The translations under genes were made by a program, and so were the position numbers. DNA of 43,541 nucleotides. Origin: a virus. Lineage: Duplodnaviria > Caudoviricetes. Where the stretch lies: positions 1-43,541 of the IMG/VR virus record IMGVR_UViG_3300002092_002327. One strand, written 5' to 3'. Below are positions 42,721-43,541 of the stretch, piece after piece. The notes beneath the pieces were generated by a model, which saw only the letters and a program-made list of their open reading frames with translations, did no database searches and was not told where the DNA came from. Each line of letters starts with the position of its first letter. Positions within the stretch are counted from its first letter, which is position 1.

Positions 42721-43541
42721 CATGGCCGAAAGCTGTCGCTTTGTATCTGTCGGCGGGGAAATCATCCAGGTACCTTGTGCCATTGTCCAAATACTGGGGC
42801 GATGCGCTGGTCAAGGACATGAATGCTGGGTCTATCAGGCAGGCCGCAGTGGATGTCTATCCATCGGCAAAGAACAGCACCCGGAACACCCAGGTAATAA
42901 CGCCGACGCTGGCGGTGATTAATCACTGCGCCGAGCTGCAACTATGCCAGCCGCTGCGAATGAAGCGGCTAAAGATCGACACCAAGATCAAGAAACCCGT
43001 CACCCTGGAGTGGATCAATGCCTTTAGAGCCGCAGCCGACAGAGATGACATTGCAGTTCTTGGAATGTTTATGTTCGCCACAGGCGCAAGAGTATCCGAG
43101 GCTTTTGCTGTCAAATGGAGTGACATTGATTTTAAAGAACGCAGAGTACTCATTCGCCAGTCAAAACTCGGAAACGAGCGGCGAGCACATTTGCCAACTG
43201 ACCTTTTCGTGGCGCTTGCCAATCTACCAAGAGACCGAGATCCCTTCGCCATCGCCTACACCACAGCCAGAGAGGCTTGGGATCGAACCGTCAAAGTGGC
43301 AGCCATCGAGCGGCTGACCTTCCATAGCTGCCGCCACGGCTTCGCTACGGCCCTGCATCATAAGGGAGTTGGCGTTAAGACCATCGCAAGAGTCGGAGGA
43401 TGGAAATCGGCGAAGCAACTGTTCGACACGTACCTGCACGCCGACGAAGATGCGACTGTGACAGACAAGCTTTTTGACACAGATTCTGACACACCAAAAA
43501 ACGAAGGCAAGAAAGATCAACACGTTAGGTCTAAGAAGTGA
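42540..43541 (+). CDS. int: Tyrosine recombinase (integrase)
   Basis: TGARVSEA, SK.G, FHSCRH, GGW and TYLH catalytic motifs. Confidence 0.93.
   Translation: MPLKIYRRPGSLVWQYRGTLAGRRLRGSTGASDKEIATRIASEVENKFWKRGLDSKEQALTWPKAVALYLSAGKSSRYLVPLSKYWGDALVKDMNAGSIRQAAVDVYPSAKNSTRNTQVITPTLAVINHCAELQLCQPLRMKRLKIDTKIKKPVTLEWINAFRAAADRDDIAVLGMFMFATGARVSEAFAVKWSDIDFKERRVLIRQSKLGNERRAHLPTDLFVALANLPRDRDPFAIAYTTAREAWDRTVKVAAIERLTFHSCRHGFATALHHKGVGVKTIARVGGWKSAKQLFDTYLHADEDATVTDKLFDTDSDTPKNEGKKDQHVRSKK

Larger units (their letters stand above)
1..43541. mobile_element. Temperate podovirus-like prophage (P22-like organisation), alphaproteobacterial host
   Basis: Integrase, cI/cro switch, replication, terminase, portal, capsid, ejection proteins and lysis cassette in canonical order; no tape measure or tail tube genes recognised. 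Confidence 0.95.

Noticed and set aside
1-43541. CRISPR array, tRNA, att core repeats, diversity-generating retroelement, tape measure
   Set aside because: No repeat-spacer array, tRNA or reverse transcriptase recognised by eye; window ends coincide with CDS ends, so att sites are probably outside it; the virion module is podovirus-like

Overview
The whole window is a near-complete temperate phage (prophage) of about 43.5 kb, apparently trimmed at the first and last CDS, so no att sites are visible. The host is almost certainly an alphaproteobacterium (Bradyrhizobium/Rhizobiales-like), inferred from a GcrA homologue, a GAAC-N7-GAAC LexA box and a CtrA-like box. The organisation is P22/lambdoid with a podovirus-type virion. 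On the plus strand lie cI and an early operon: Rad52/Sak-like annealing protein, SSB-like protein, NinB, C5 methyltransferase, many tiny ORFs, Xis-like protein and tyrosine integrase. On the minus strand the order is cro, cII-like, GcrA, nuclease, DUF1376 initiator, primase-helicase, sigma-70 factor, terS/terL, portal, scaffold, major capsid, adaptor, fibres, gp10-like hub, DNA ejection proteins, tail-collar fibre, then amidase, holin and spanins. The most notable observations are six. (1) An FkbM methyltransferase and a TPR-glycosyltransferase are translationally coupled inside the head operon, a candidate virion glycosylation system. (2) The portal gene is cleanly split in two. (3) An A9 slippery run fuses two pre-terminase genes via the -1 frame. 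(4) The repressor has no autoprotease domain and is paired with a convergent LexA-boxed small gene, a candidate SOS antirepressor. (5) The C5 MTase encodes motif IX in a nested alternative frame. (6) The primase zinc-finger is in a different frame from the TOPRIM-helicase. All product calls come from motif recognition and synteny, not database searches.
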